Positions 52,952 to 64,000 of a DNA stretch of 64,000 nt are shown here, piece after piece. Both the position numbers and the translations under genes were made by a program. The number at the start of each line of letters is the position of its first letter. The stretch's first letter is position 1. Under the pieces are notes generated by a model that searched no databases, had not been told where the DNA came from, and worked only from the letters and a program-made list of their open reading frames with translations. This stretch comes from Cyanophyceae cyanobacterium (GTDB taxonomy: Bacteria; Cyanobacteriota; Cyanobacteriia; Cyanobacteriales; JBHJGN01), in contig JBHJGN010000001.1 in the NCBI GenBank assembly GCA_050331735.1, positions 73,661-137,660 on the forward strand, given 5' to 3'.

Positions 52952-54397
52952 TTATTCAGCACTCATCATGGAATCATTATCTTTGATCGAGTGAATTTTC
53001 AAAAAGTTTGTCCCTCTCGGTTTCTGTAGCGGACTGCCTCCTAGAATCAACACTTTGTCGCCCGGTTTGACGATCTGGCGCTCTAGCAAACACGTTTCCA
53101 TCTGCTCGATCAGCGCCTCCATATCCTCTTGATAATCCTCAAGCAGCAGCGGCTTGACTCCCCAAATCAGGTTGAGACGATGGTAGACCTCGACGCTGGG
53201 GGTAAAAGCGACAACAGGAACCTGCGGACGCTCAGAAGAAGCAATGGTGGCGGTGTAGCCAGTGGTGGTAAAGCAGGCAATGCACCGTAAATCGAGCGTT
53301 TTGTCAATTGCATTCAACGCTTCACTCAGAGCATGGGTATCGTCGGCGGTGGCTGGCGGATTATTGACAAATTCGATGTCGCTCTCCACATCGGTGGCAA
53401 TTTTGGCAAGCATCTGCACTGCTTTGACCGGAAACTCGCCCACCGCTGACTCTCCAGACAGCATCACCGCATCGGTCCCGTCGATAATCGCATTGGCCAC
53501 GTCGCTGGCTTCAGCGCGAGTGGGACGAGGACTGCGGATCATGCTATCTAGCATTTGCGTAGCGGTGATCGTCGGAATCGATCTGAGGTTGCACAGCCGA
53601 ATAATTTGCTTTTGCAGCATTGGCACTTTCTCGGGACTCATTTCCACCCCTAAGTCGCCTCGCGCCACCATCAGCGCATCGCATTCCTCTAAGATCTCCT
53701 CGATGTTGGCGATCGCCTGGGGTTTTTCAATCTTGGCCAACACTGGCATATCTGGGGCTCCCATTTGCGCCAGGAGTTCTTTAAGGAGCCGCAGATCTTC
53801 TGCTCGGCGCACAAAACTCAACGACACCAAATCGACTCCTTGAGAGAGTCCAAATTCTAAATCCTGCTTGTCCTTCTCCGTCATCGAAGGCAGGCGGAGA
53901 TCTAAGCTCGGTAAATTTACGCCTTTACGACTCTTTAGAATCCCTCCTTGAACGACTCGACAGACCACAGCCTCTTGCTGAATCTTTTCAACAGCTAGCT
54001 CCAGCAGTCCGTCATCGAGAAGAATCTGCGTTCCTGGTTGAGCATCCTGCGCTAGATACGGATAATCAAGGGCGATCGCATCGCGATGATGTTCAAAGTC
54101 TGGCGGCACTAAGGTGATGGTGTTTGCCTCAGTTAGCCTGATTTCTCCTTGAGGAAGCTGACCAATGCGAATTTTTGGCCCCTGAAGATCCTGAAGCAGA
54201 GTAATGGGAGTATCCAACTCTGCTGAGACAGACCGCAGTAACGATACCATCCGCGCGTGGTCCTCATAGCTGCCGTGAGAAAAGTTCAGTCGTGCTACGC
54301 TCATTCCAGCCCTGACCATTTGATGCAGCACTTCTGGAGAACTACTAGCAGGACCAATCGTGGCCACAATTTTAGTGCGATGGGTTAAATTAAGCAC
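52952..54397 (-). CDS. pyk: Pyruvate kinase
   Basis: [36 protein letters not shown]. Confidence 0.96.
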   Translation of the reverse strand: MLNLTHRTKIVATIGPASSSPEVLHQMVRAGMSVARLNFSHGSYEDHARMVSLLRSVSAELDTPITLLQDLQGPKIRIGQLPQGEIRLTEANTITLVPPDFEHHRDAIALDYPYLAQDAQPGTQILLDDGLLELAVEKIQQEAVVCRVVQGGILKSRKGVNLPSLDLRLPSMTEKDKQDLEFGLSQGVDLVSLSFVRRAEDLRLLKELLAQMGAPDMPVLAKIEKPQAIANIEEILEECDALMVARGDLGVEMSPEKVPMLQKQIIRLCNLRSIPTITATQMLDSMIRSPRPTRAEASDVANAIIDGTDAVMLSGESAVGEFPVKAVQMLAKIATDVESDIEFVNNPPATADDTHALSEALNAIDKTLDLRCIACFTTTGYTATIASSERPQVPVVAFTPSVEVYHRLNLIWGVKPLLLEDYQEDMEALIEQMETCLLERQIVKPGDKVLILGGSPLQKPRGTNFLKIHSIKDNDSMMSAE

Positions 54398-54528
54398 AAT
54401 CCTCTATGCTGACAAGGGTAAATTGTCTTCTTGCTGACCTTTTACAGTCATCTTTCTTTTTTCCTTGGAAAAAGCCCGATTAGGCTGATTAAAATTCTAT
54501 TAAACTTCATCTCTTACAGACGTAAAAA

Positions 54529-54624
54529 TAGCAACATTTTTACTCTCGATTTTTTTTAATAATGTTGCTACAATAACAAACCTAGTGAAATGCAAATATA
54601 TTCCGCTATTTTTGGTAAAATAGC
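54529..54624. promoter_or_regulatory. Inverted repeats in the divergent pyk/eno promoter region
   Basis: TAGCAACATT-N22-AATGTTGCTA (54529-54570) and GCTATTTT-N4-AAAATAGC (54605-54624). Confidence 0.4.
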
Positions 54625-54915
54625 ATCTAGCCTGTGGCTCTTGCAAAATTTCAACTCTCTTCAGGAAATTTTGGGAGCCAGTCTTCCCTTCGTTTTGTCA
54701 TTCTCAAGCTAGCTACGCGTTTTTAACCAACTGTTAGTCAAGTCTTAACAAGGACAGCCTCGCAAAAATGACAATTTATTCTCTGAAACTGTTTTAAATC
54801 ATTGCACAATTGACAAGAGCTGTTGAGACACCGTAGCGTATTCCTACTGTTAAATCGAGGTGAGAGCAATACCTCTGGTAATTCGTGATTCAACCTGGTA
54901 ATTGGTAACTGATAA

Positions 54916-56220
<1,305 letters not shown>

Positions 56221-56361
56221 CCCTCCGTCCCCCCCAAACTGGGGTGGTAGAAACCCGCATTAGCGAATTAAATAGTTAAAGAATACGAGTTATAAGCTCC
56301 TGACTCGTGAAGTGAATGCTCTCCCGAGAAGAGCGCTGAAAACTGAAACCGAAGAACCAAG

Positions 56362-58980
56362 ATGGACGTAAATTTTCTCAAGCAAGACCAAAAAGGCGAA
56401 TTAGTCGAGAATTCAATAGACATTCAAGACGCGGTTCAGGTAGAAGCCGATGTTCAGATAGAAGACGACCGCACCGGGATGAGCGTTGAAACCCTCAAAC
56501 GGGCGTTCGCCGACAACCTGTTCTATCTGCAAGGAACTGACGAAACCACGGCCACTCTGTATGACTACTACATGGCGCTGGCTTTTACGGTCCGCGATCG
56601 CCTGCTGCAGCGCTTTATCAAAACACGGCAAATCTACCGCGAAAAAGATGTCAAGGTGGTTTGCTATCTGTCTGCCGAGTTTCTGATGGGTCGTTACTTG
56701 GGCAACAACCTGATTAATTTGGGCATCTACGATCAGGTGCGTCAAGTTGTTGCTGAGTCTGGGCTAAACCTAGAAGAACTCCTAGAGCAAGAACCCGATC
56801 CCGGCTTGGGTAACGGCGGCTTAGGACGACTGGCTGCCTGTTTTCTCGATTCTCTGGCCTCCCTAGAAATCCCGGCGATTGGCTACGGAATTCGCTACGA
56901 ATTCGGGATTTTTCATCAAATCATCAAGGACGGCTGGCAGGCAGAAATTCCCGATAATTGGCTGCGCTTCGGCAATCCGTGGGAAATTTCCCGTCCTGAC
57001 GAAACCGTTGAAATTAAGCTCGGAGGACGCACAGAAGCCTATCAGGATCAGCAGGGTCACTACCGCGTCCGCTGGGTTCCTGACCGAACCGTGTTAGCAA
57101 TTCCCTACGATACTCCCGTTCCTGGGTATAAAACCGATACCGTCAACTCCTTGCGGCTGTGGAAGGCAGAAGCCAGTGAAGCGTTCAACTTCCAAGCCTT
57201 CAACACCGGAAATTACGACCGCGCCGTAGCCGATAAGATCAGCTCGGAAACCATTTCCAAAGTTCTTTATCCCAACGATAATACGCCCCAAGGACGAGAG
57301 CTGAGACTGGCGCAGCAGTATTTCTTTGTGTCGGCTTCGCTTCAGGACTTAGTGCGCATTCATTTAAGCACTCACAATCACCTCGAAAACCTCCACGAGC
57401 GTATTTCTGTGCAGATGAACGATACCCATCCGGTGATCGCGGTGCCAGAACTGATGCGTCTGTTGGTAGACGAGCATCACCTCGGCTGGGAGCAAGCGTG
57501 GGAGATTACTAAAAAATCGATTGCCTTTACTAACCATACCCTGATGCCAGAAGCGCTGGAGCGCTGGCCTGTGGATCTGTTGGGGAATCTGCTGCCTCGC
57601 CATTTGGAGATCATCTACGAAATCAACTACCGCTTTTTGGAAAATGTGGTGCGGATCAGGTTCCCGGATGACGAGGAGCGCCTGTCGCAAATGTCGATTG
57701 TTGAAGAATTTCCTCACAAGCAAGTGCGGATGGCCAATCTCGCCTGTGTCGGCTCCCACGCGATCAACGGAGTCGCGGCGCTCCACACCGAGCTGCTCAA
57801 AAAAGATACGCTACGCCACTTTGCCGAACTGTGGCCCGAGAAGTTTTACAACAAAACCAACGGTGTGACACCGCGCCGCTGGATGTTGCTCAGCAACCCG
57901 GAGCTATCGGAACTGATTACCGATAAGATTGGCGATGGCTGGCTGATGCATTTGGATCAGCTCGCCAAACTCAAGGATTTCATCGATGACCCTGATTTTC
58001 GCCGTCGCTGGCAGCAGATTAAGCGAGACAACAAGCAAGAGCTGGCCAACTATATCAAAGACACGACCGGCATTGAGGTCGATGTGAACTCGCTCTTCGA
58101 TATTCAGGTCAAGCGCATCCACGAGTATAAGCGTCAGCACCTCGCCGTTCTGCACATTATTACTCTCTACAACCGGATTAAGCAGAATCCTAATATCGAC
58201 ATTCAGCCGCGCACCTTTATCTTCGGCGGCAAGGCCGCTCCTGGCTATTTGCTAGCCAAACTCGTGATCAAGCTGATTACCTCGGTAGCGGAGATTGTCA
58301 ATAAAGATCCCGACGTGCGGGGTCGCCTGAAGGTGGTTTTCCTCGAAAATTTTAGCGTTTCCCTAGGGCAGAAAATTTATCCGGCTGCCGATCTTTCTGA
58401 GCAGATTTCGACCGCTGGTAAAGAAGCTTCGGGAACCGGTAACATGAAGTTCGCCATGAACGGAGCGCTGACCATTGGCACTCTTGACGGGGCTAACATT
58501 GAAATTAGAGAAGAAGCCGGAGCCGAGAATTTCTTTCTGTTTGGACTCACGGCGGAGGAAGTTCAGGAGCGGAAAGCGCAAGGATACAATCCTCGGGAAT
58601 ACTACCAAAATAACGCCGAGCTGAAGCGGGTGATTGACCGCATCGCGAATGGCTTCTTTTCCCGAGGCGATCGCCGTTTGTTCCAGTCCATTGTGGAGCC
58701 GTTGCTCACCCAAGACCAGTACATGCTCATGGCTGACTACCAATCCTATATCGACTGCCAAGAGCAGGTCAGCAAAGCCTACCAGGATCAGGAGCAGTGG
58801 ACGCGCATGTCGATTATCAATTCTGCCAGCATGGGCAAATTTTCTTCGGATCGCACCATTCGGGAGTATTGCCAAGAAATTTGGGACGTGAAGCCCGTTC
58901 CCATTCGTCTGGATGAGTATCGTCAAGAAGAAATCGGCTTAAACGCTAACAAGCAATCTACTGAAGCGAGTCTCTACTAG
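56362..58980 (+). CDS. glgP: Glycogen phosphorylase
   Basis: GLGNGGLGRLAACF, KRIHEYKRQ, EASGTGNMK. Confidence 0.97.
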   Translation: MDVNFLKQDQKGELVENSIDIQDAVQVEADVQIEDDRTGMSVETLKRAFADNLFYLQGTDETTATLYDYYMALAFTVRDRLLQRFIKTRQIYREKDVKVVCYLSAEFLMGRYLGNNLINLGIYDQVRQVVAESGLNLEELLEQEPDPGLGNGGLGRLAACFLDSLASLEIPAIGYGIRYEFGIFHQIIKDGWQAEIPDNWLRFGNPWEISRPDETVEIKLGGRTEAYQDQQGHYRVRWVPDRTVLAIPYDTPVPGYKTDTVNSLRLWKAEASEAFNFQAFNTGNYDRAVADKISSETISKVLYPNDNTPQGRELRLAQQYFFVSASLQDLVRIHLSTHNHLENLHERISVQMNDTHPVIAVPELMRLLVDEHHLGWEQAWEITKKSIAFTNHTLMPEALERWPVDLLGNLLPRHLEIIYEINYRFLENVVRIRFPDDEERLSQMSIVEEFPHKQVRMANLACVGSHAINGVAALHTELLKKDTLRHFAELWPEKFYNKTNGVTPRRWMLLSNPELSELITDKIGDGWLMHLDQLAKLKDFIDDPDFRRRWQQIKRDNKQELANYIKDTTGIEVDVNSLFDIQVKRIHEYKRQHLAVLHIITLYNRIKQNPNIDIQPRTFIFGGKAAPGYLLAKLVIKLITSVAEIVNKDPDVRGRLKVVFLENFSVSLGQKIYPAADLSEQISTAGKEASGTGNMKFAMNGALTIGTLDGANIEIREEAGAENFFLFGLTAEEVQERKAQGYNPREYYQNNAELKRVIDRIANGFFSRGDRRLFQSIVEPLLTQDQYMLMADYQSYIDCQEQVSKAYQDQEQWTRMSIINSASMGKFSSDRTIREYCQEIWDVKPVPIRLDEYRQEEIGLNANKQSTEASLY

Positions 58981-59154
58981 ACCAGTGAGTTTGTCTCAGT
59001 AGGATTAGGGCGATCGCTTAAGGTTTTAACCACAAGGGCGATCGCCGTTTGTATAAACATGGTAAACAATGCCCTTGAATGCCAGCTTGAGCGGTAGCAG
59101 CTTTACTACTACAAAGCCTTAGAAATAAAGCAACTACTTTTGTTCACCCAGACC

Positions 59155-59289
59155 TTATTCTTCTTCTACTTCAACCTCGCCTCCTTCTTCTTCAAGCTCC
59201 ACTTCATCTTCTGCCGCCGGATTGCATCCGACAAGAGCACCGCCGGATAAACCAAGAATTAATAGCAAAGCCCAGGCTTGAGTTTTCAT
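59155..59289 (-). CDS. Small acidic lipoprotein (44 aa, below the ORF-track cutoff)
   Basis: MKTQAWALLLILGLSGGALVGC-NPAAEDEVELEEEGGEVEVEEE*; lipobox LVGC; GAGGA upstream. Confidence 0.7.
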   Translation of the reverse strand: MKTQAWALLLILGLSGGALVGCNPAAEDEVELEEEGGEVEVEEE

Positions 59290-59493
59290 GTTTCTTGTCC
59301 TCGAAAGTGATGTTCAATAACAAGACTAATGTAGTTTGAATTTTCTGATAACCAGATCGACCAAAAATCTATCTCAAGAAATAAACGAAATTAGGGAAAA
59401 TGTTTTCTAAAAACTACTGTAGAGGATAGGATTACCGATTACTTCCTTTCCCCTTTCCCCTTTGCCCTTTCCCCCACCGTTCATCAATACATA

Positions 59494-60810
59494 ATGATTC
59501 CTCCTCGCCCTAAAATGCCTCGGCTGCTCAGAACGCTCAACTTGGCTCTGCGTCCGCTGGAGTATATGGATGCCTATAGCCAACGCTATGGTGATTTTTT
59601 CATGGTAGGGAGCCGAGAATTCCCCGTGGTGTACTTTAGCCATCCCCAGGCGATTGAGGAACTGTTTACCACTCCTCCAGATAAATTTACCGTGGGGCGC
59701 GGCAATCAACTACGCTTTTTAGTGGGAGACAACTCTATTCTGTTGCTCGACGGAGAACGCCATCAGCAACAGCGACGACTATTAATGCCTCCTTTTCATG
59801 GCGATCGCCTGCGCACTTACTCCCAGTTAATTGTCAACATCACCGAGCAGGTGACGGCGCAGTGGCAAGATGGTCAGCCCTTTGTGGTGCGCTCGTCCAT
59901 GCAGGAGATTACCCTGTGTGTTATTCTGCAAGCCGTCTTCGGCATTCATTCCGGAGAGCGGTTCGAGCGACTGAGGCGGTTGCTAAGTCAACTGCTCGAC
60001 TCAACAAGTTCAACCCTCAGCTCTATTCCCCTCTTCTTTCCCTCGCTGCAACAGGACTGGGGTCCGCTGAGTCCTTGGGGTCGCTTTCTGCGTCTGCGCC
60101 AGCAGGTCAAGGAACTGATTGAGGACGAGATTGCCCAACGTCACCGCCGCAGCCTCAGCGGGGGCGATATCTTGTCAGTGCTGATGTCAGCCCGCGATGA
60201 AAGCGGTCAGCCAATGACCGATGCGGAGCTCCACGACGAGTTGATGACTCTGCTGGTGGCAGGACACGAAACTACCGCCTCGGCCCTCTCCTGGGCGCTA
60301 TACTGGATTCACTATTTGCCAGAGGTTCAGAGTAAGCTGAGGCACGAGCTAGCCGCTACAGACATCAGCGACTTAAATCAGAGCGCTCGTCTTCCCTATC
60401 TCAATGCCGTTTGTTTAGAGACGCTGCGCATTTATCCCATTGCCTTGACTACTTTCCCGAGAATTACCCAAGTTCCCGTACGGTTGATGAACTACCGGTT
60501 TGATGCGGGAACGGCGCTGATTCCCTGCGTTTATTTAACACATCATCGAGAAGAGATTTACCCTGAACCCAAGCGCTTTCGACCGGAGCGATTTTTAGAG
60601 CGGCGCTATTCAGCTTACGAATATCTTCCTTTTGGGGGAGGTCATCGACGCTGTATTGGTCAAGCGCTAGCTCTGTTAGAGATGAAGCTAGTGCTGGCAA
60701 CAATCCTGTCTCGCTTTCAGCTCGCCCTTGTTAATCAGCATCCGGTTAAGCCTGTCCGTCGGGGGTTAACCGTTGCGCCGCCTAGCGGAATGCGGATGGT
60801 GGTAAATTAG
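59494..60810 (+). CDS. Cytochrome P450
   Basis: AGHETT, ETLR, FRPERF, PFGGGHRRCIG. Confidence 0.95.
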   Translation: MIPPRPKMPRLLRTLNLALRPLEYMDAYSQRYGDFFMVGSREFPVVYFSHPQAIEELFTTPPDKFTVGRGNQLRFLVGDNSILLLDGERHQQQRRLLMPPFHGDRLRTYSQLIVNITEQVTAQWQDGQPFVVRSSMQEITLCVILQAVFGIHSGERFERLRRLLSQLLDSTSSTLSSIPLFFPSLQQDWGPLSPWGRFLRLRQQVKELIEDEIAQRHRRSLSGGDILSVLMSARDESGQPMTDAELHDELMTLLVAGHETTASALSWALYWIHYLPEVQSKLRHELAATDISDLNQSARLPYLNAVCLETLRIYPIALTTFPRITQVPVRLMNYRFDAGTALIPCVYLTHHREEIYPEPKRFRPERFLERRYSAYEYLPFGGGHRRCIGQALALLEMKLVLATILSRFQLALVNQHPVKPVRRGLTVAPPSGMRMVVN

Positions 60811-61006
60811 ATGAGCGCTCAGTGAAAAATTGTGTTGTAGAGATATACAAAAATGAAAGCCCACGTCCTGAAAATGTATACCAATTAGAAAAAGTAATAG
60901 GAGACTTGATGAGTTGGGGGAAAGGGAAGCACAGCAGCTCTTTGCCCTTGAACCTCCAATGCTTGGTTAGTTTAAGGAACTATCTGACTACTTTCGGTAA
61001 ATGGTA

Positions 61007-61813
61007 TTAGGTCGTTGAGCAAAGAGAAGAATGAATTCTCAGTTCATCCCCAATGCTAATCGTTTTTCCAGCTTCGGTGTCAGGAAGCCGCGTATTAATT
61101 GCTAAGCGGTAGAAGTGGTTAAAACGTGATCGCTCAGCCCAGTCCGGTAAAGTTTCCCGTCGCTGCGTGACAAAGGTTTTCTGGAAATTTGGAGTAGCCA
61201 CTCCTGTTTTGGGGTCACGGGTCACGACAACGCAGCGCTGACAGGGGTTAACGCCTCTAAACTGCACGTCCCCGATTTGAAACTTAACTGTTTCCCCGGC
61301 TTCTGTAAACAGCCGATCTTCCCAAAAGGCAGGCACTCCAGAAATTTCAATGTTGGAGCGAAACCGCAGGCGGACTGCTTCAACATCCAGTTCAGGATAC
61401 CAGGAGGCGATCGCTTCTAGGGTAGCAGTGCTGATAATGGTGGGACCGGGAGACTCGGTATCGTCTGGAAACCCCATTTCAAGGTTTTGCTTTACGGCAA
61501 CTGGGAACCCAAAGTACTTACTCAGCCAGTATTCTAGGGCTTCACTCTCCAGATTAAAAGTGTTGACCTCTTCTGTTCCCTCCACCCGCAATGAGATCCT
61601 GTTCGTTTCAAGATCAAATTCAGAGCGCAGGGCATAAACTCGCTGATTTCGCTTGCCATTAACAAAGTGACCGGAGCGGTCGAAGAGCGCAAAAGAGCGA
61701 TCGCCTGCTAACGCCCCACTCCTGAGAACGACTACCTTGGTAACCTCAACTCTCTCTAGAGATTTAACGGGATAAATGAATAGTTTGGCGACGGAGGGAA
61801 TTGTATCAGTCAT
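61007..61813 (-). CDS. MOSC domain protein
   Basis: IYPVKS, GDRSFA, RFRSNI, PCQRCVV. Confidence 0.9.
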   Translation of the reverse strand: MTDTIPSVAKLFIYPVKSLERVEVTKVVVLRSGALAGDRSFALFDRSGHFVNGKRNQRVYALRSEFDLETNRISLRVEGTEEVNTFNLESEALEYWLSKYFGFPVAVKQNLEMGFPDDTESPGPTIISTATLEAIASWYPELDVEAVRLRFRSNIEISGVPAFWEDRLFTEAGETVKFQIGDVQFRGVNPCQRCVVVTRDPKTGVATPNFQKTFVTQRRETLPDWAERSRFNHFYRLAINTRLPDTEAGKTISIGDELRIHSSLCSTT

Positions 61814-62030
61814 TGGTATCTGCCCACAGTATCAAAGGCTTTATCGTGTGCTAGGGCTTCTTGCTGTACCAGCAGCCATGCGAATGACTATTCCTGAAGC
61901 AAATCCGAGTTGGTATATCTTGATGGCTTGAGTATTAGCCTTTCCTTGTAACATTATTATCGAATTTGGGGCTAAACATTATTAGTCAGCTCAGCAGTTA
62001 TTGGTCAATTCAGCACAACCTCCCTTTTTT

Positions 62031-63731
62031 ATGCAGCTTGTTAACGGTTTACATTTTAAGAATATCCGAGGCGATCTGTTTGGTGGAATCACTGCCGCAG
62101 TGGTTGCTTTGCCCCTAGCCCTGGCTTTTGGAGTCTCTTCTGGGGCTGGCGCGATCGCGGGTTTATATGGGGCCATCTTTGTGGGCTTTTTTGCTTCCCT
62201 GTTTGGCGGGACACCGGCCCAAATTTCTGGTCCGACAGGACCAATGACTGTCGTGATCGCTACCGTTTTTTCTGGTTTAGCAGCCAATAACCCCGAACAC
62301 GGCGTTGCGATGGCTTTTACCGCAGTTGTGTTCGGAGGACTATTTCAGATTTTATTTGGGGTGATACGGCTCGGTCAATACATCACTCTGATGCCCTATA
62401 CGGTCATTTCGGGCTTTATGTCTGGGGTCGGTCTGATTATTATCTTGTTACAGATTGGTCCTTTTTTAGGACACCCCGCTTCCGCCGATGTCGTCGAGTC
62501 GGTCAGTCAGCTTCCCTATTTTCTGACTCATGCTAACGCTGCTGCTGTAGGGTTAGGCATTTTAACTCTAGCCATCGTTTTTGGGTCTCCGGCTCAATTA
62601 AATCGTTTCATTCCTTCTCCTCTGCTGGCGCTCATCGTCGGGACTTTAGTTGCTGTTTATCTCCCTAACAGCGATTTGCGCTTGATTGGCGATATTCCCC
62701 AGGGTTGGCCTAAGCTACAGCCATTAGCTTTTGATCTTGCTCAGCTTAGAAACATCATTGGCTATGGCTTGATGTTGGCAGTTTTAGGCTCCATTGACTC
62801 CTTGCTCACTTCTTTGGTAGCTGACAACATTACTCACACTCAACATAATTCGGACCGCGAGTTAATTGGTCAAGGAATTGGTAATCTGATTGCTGGTTTG
62901 TGTGGTGGATTGCCTGGGGCAGGTGCAACAATGCGGACTGTCATTAATGTTAAAACTGGCGGCCAGACTCCGATTTCTGGGATGGTTCATGCCTTAGTGT
63001 TACTGGTAATTGTTCTCAAGGCAGGAGAATTAACCGAAAATATTCCTCACGCTGTTTTAGCAGGCATTTTGATGAAAGTTGGAATCGATATTATCGACTG
63101 GAGCTTTCTAAAACGCGCCCATCATATTTCTCTAAAAGCAACGGGGATTATGTACCTAGTCCTGTTTTTGACTGTATTTGTCGATTTGATTACGGCAGTG
63201 GCGGTGGGCGTATTTTTTGCTAATTTATTAACCGTTAAAAGCTTAAGCGATCTTCAGAGCCAGCAAGTAAAAGCCATTACTGATCCAGAGGATGATAGCG
63301 ATTTAGATAGTGAAGAGAAACAAATACTCAAACAAGCTAGAGGAAAAATTCTCTTATTCAATTTGAGTGGACCGATGAGCTTTGGTGCTGCCAAAACAAT
63401 CTCTCAATCTATGGGAATTGTGAGTAACTACGAGGTGTTGATTTTAGACCTGAGCGATGTTCCGTTACTGGGGGTGACTGCTTCTTTGGCTATCGAAAAC
63501 ATGGTTAAAGATGCTCGCGGCAAAAAACGACAGGTGTATCTGGTGGGTGCTGCTGGTAAAGTCCGAGAAAGGCTACAAAAAATGAAGCTGCTCAAGCTGC
63601 TACCGCCCGAACAACGCTTCAGCAGAAGACTGCCTGCTCTTCAAGAAGCGATCGCCTGTATTGATTCCGCTAGCGTTAAAAACGAAAAGGTAGTCAGTAA
63701 CGAGAAATATAGTGCCGATCAAAGACATTAA
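62031..63731 (+). CDS. bicA: SulP-family anion transporter, BicA-like, with STAS domain
   Basis: GDLFGGITAAVVALPLALAFG, ISGPTGPMT, GAGATMRT, STAS GPMSFG. Confidence 0.75.
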   Translation: MQLVNGLHFKNIRGDLFGGITAAVVALPLALAFGVSSGAGAIAGLYGAIFVGFFASLFGGTPAQISGPTGPMTVVIATVFSGLAANNPEHGVAMAFTAVVFGGLFQILFGVIRLGQYITLMPYTVISGFMSGVGLIIILLQIGPFLGHPASADVVESVSQLPYFLTHANAAAVGLGILTLAIVFGSPAQLNRFIPSPLLALIVGTLVAVYLPNSDLRLIGDIPQGWPKLQPLAFDLAQLRNIIGYGLMLAVLGSIDSLLTSLVADNITHTQHNSDRELIGQGIGNLIAGLCGGLPGAGATMRTVINVKTGGQTPISGMVHALVLLVIVLKAGELTENIPHAVLAGILMKVGIDIIDWSFLKRAHHISLKATGIMYLVLFLTVFVDLITAVAVGVFFANLLTVKSLSDLQSQQVKAITDPEDDSDLDSEEKQILKQARGKILLFNLSGPMSFGAAKTISQSMGIVSNYEVLILDLSDVPLLGVTASLAIENMVKDARGKKRQVYLVGAAGKVRERLQKMKLLKLLPPEQRFSRRLPALQEAIACIDSASVKNEKVVSNEKYSADQRH

Positions 63732-64000
63732 ATTTCAGCAATCTAGTTCTCTCCCCTCGCGACGTGACAATCGCGGAGCATTTGTGCAAGCTGATGGACG
63801 GTCAGAAAAACCAGCTCATTCATTTCACCTCTTCCATTCGTCTTTTAGTCTTGCCTACAACTTACAGCGCTTTGCAGGTTTATGAGGGACAATAACAGCA
63901 GTGGGTAAACCAGTTACGCAAATGCTGAGGATTTATGAGATACATCGCTATTTTGATGAGCAAATCAACTTTTTTAGCGGTCTTGGGAGAAAACTGTCTC

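Noticed and set aside
53262..53843. Long antisense ORFs over pyk, glgP, era, DUF389 and others
   Set aside because: Shadow frames of well-supported genes
59007..59048. Paired GGGCGATCGC repeats after glgP
   Set aside because: Two HIP1 sites, which are ubiquitous in this window; at most a terminator-like hairpin

Overview
Cyanobacterial chromosome segment: HIP1 octamer GCGATCGC is frequent, and ndhV, cruE-like, Uma2, pentapeptide-repeat and DUF29 genes are present. Most of it is housekeeping (serA, prmA, recG, tsf, rpsB, murQ, era, typA, coaE, argS, pgm, pyk, eno, glgP, bicA-like). The main accessory region lies between argS and pgm (~37.9-51.1 kb). It holds five tandem Uma2 genes and a vWA-MoxR-VMAP ternary conflict operon (EAD1-trypsin protease, 4TM protein, EAD1-VMAP, MoxR ATPase, vWA fused to an FGE-sulfatase/C-type-lectin domain), flanked by two stand-alone FGE/CLec genes. 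The three CLec 3' ends differ mainly at positions 1-2 of NNC/NNT codons, the signature of diversity-generating retroelement (DGR) adenine mutagenesis. A truncated avd sits directly behind the vWA-CLec gene, but I found no reverse transcriptase or template repeat in the window. Also seen: a ~470-bp non-autonomous IS200/IS605 derivative with a TnpB omega-RNA-like right end between the typA stop codon and its terminator, an in-frame palindromic insertion in a Uma2 gene, MITE-like repeats, an unannotated 44-aa lipoprotein and a clustered glycogen/glycolysis gene set. All family calls come from motif recognition by eye, not database searches.
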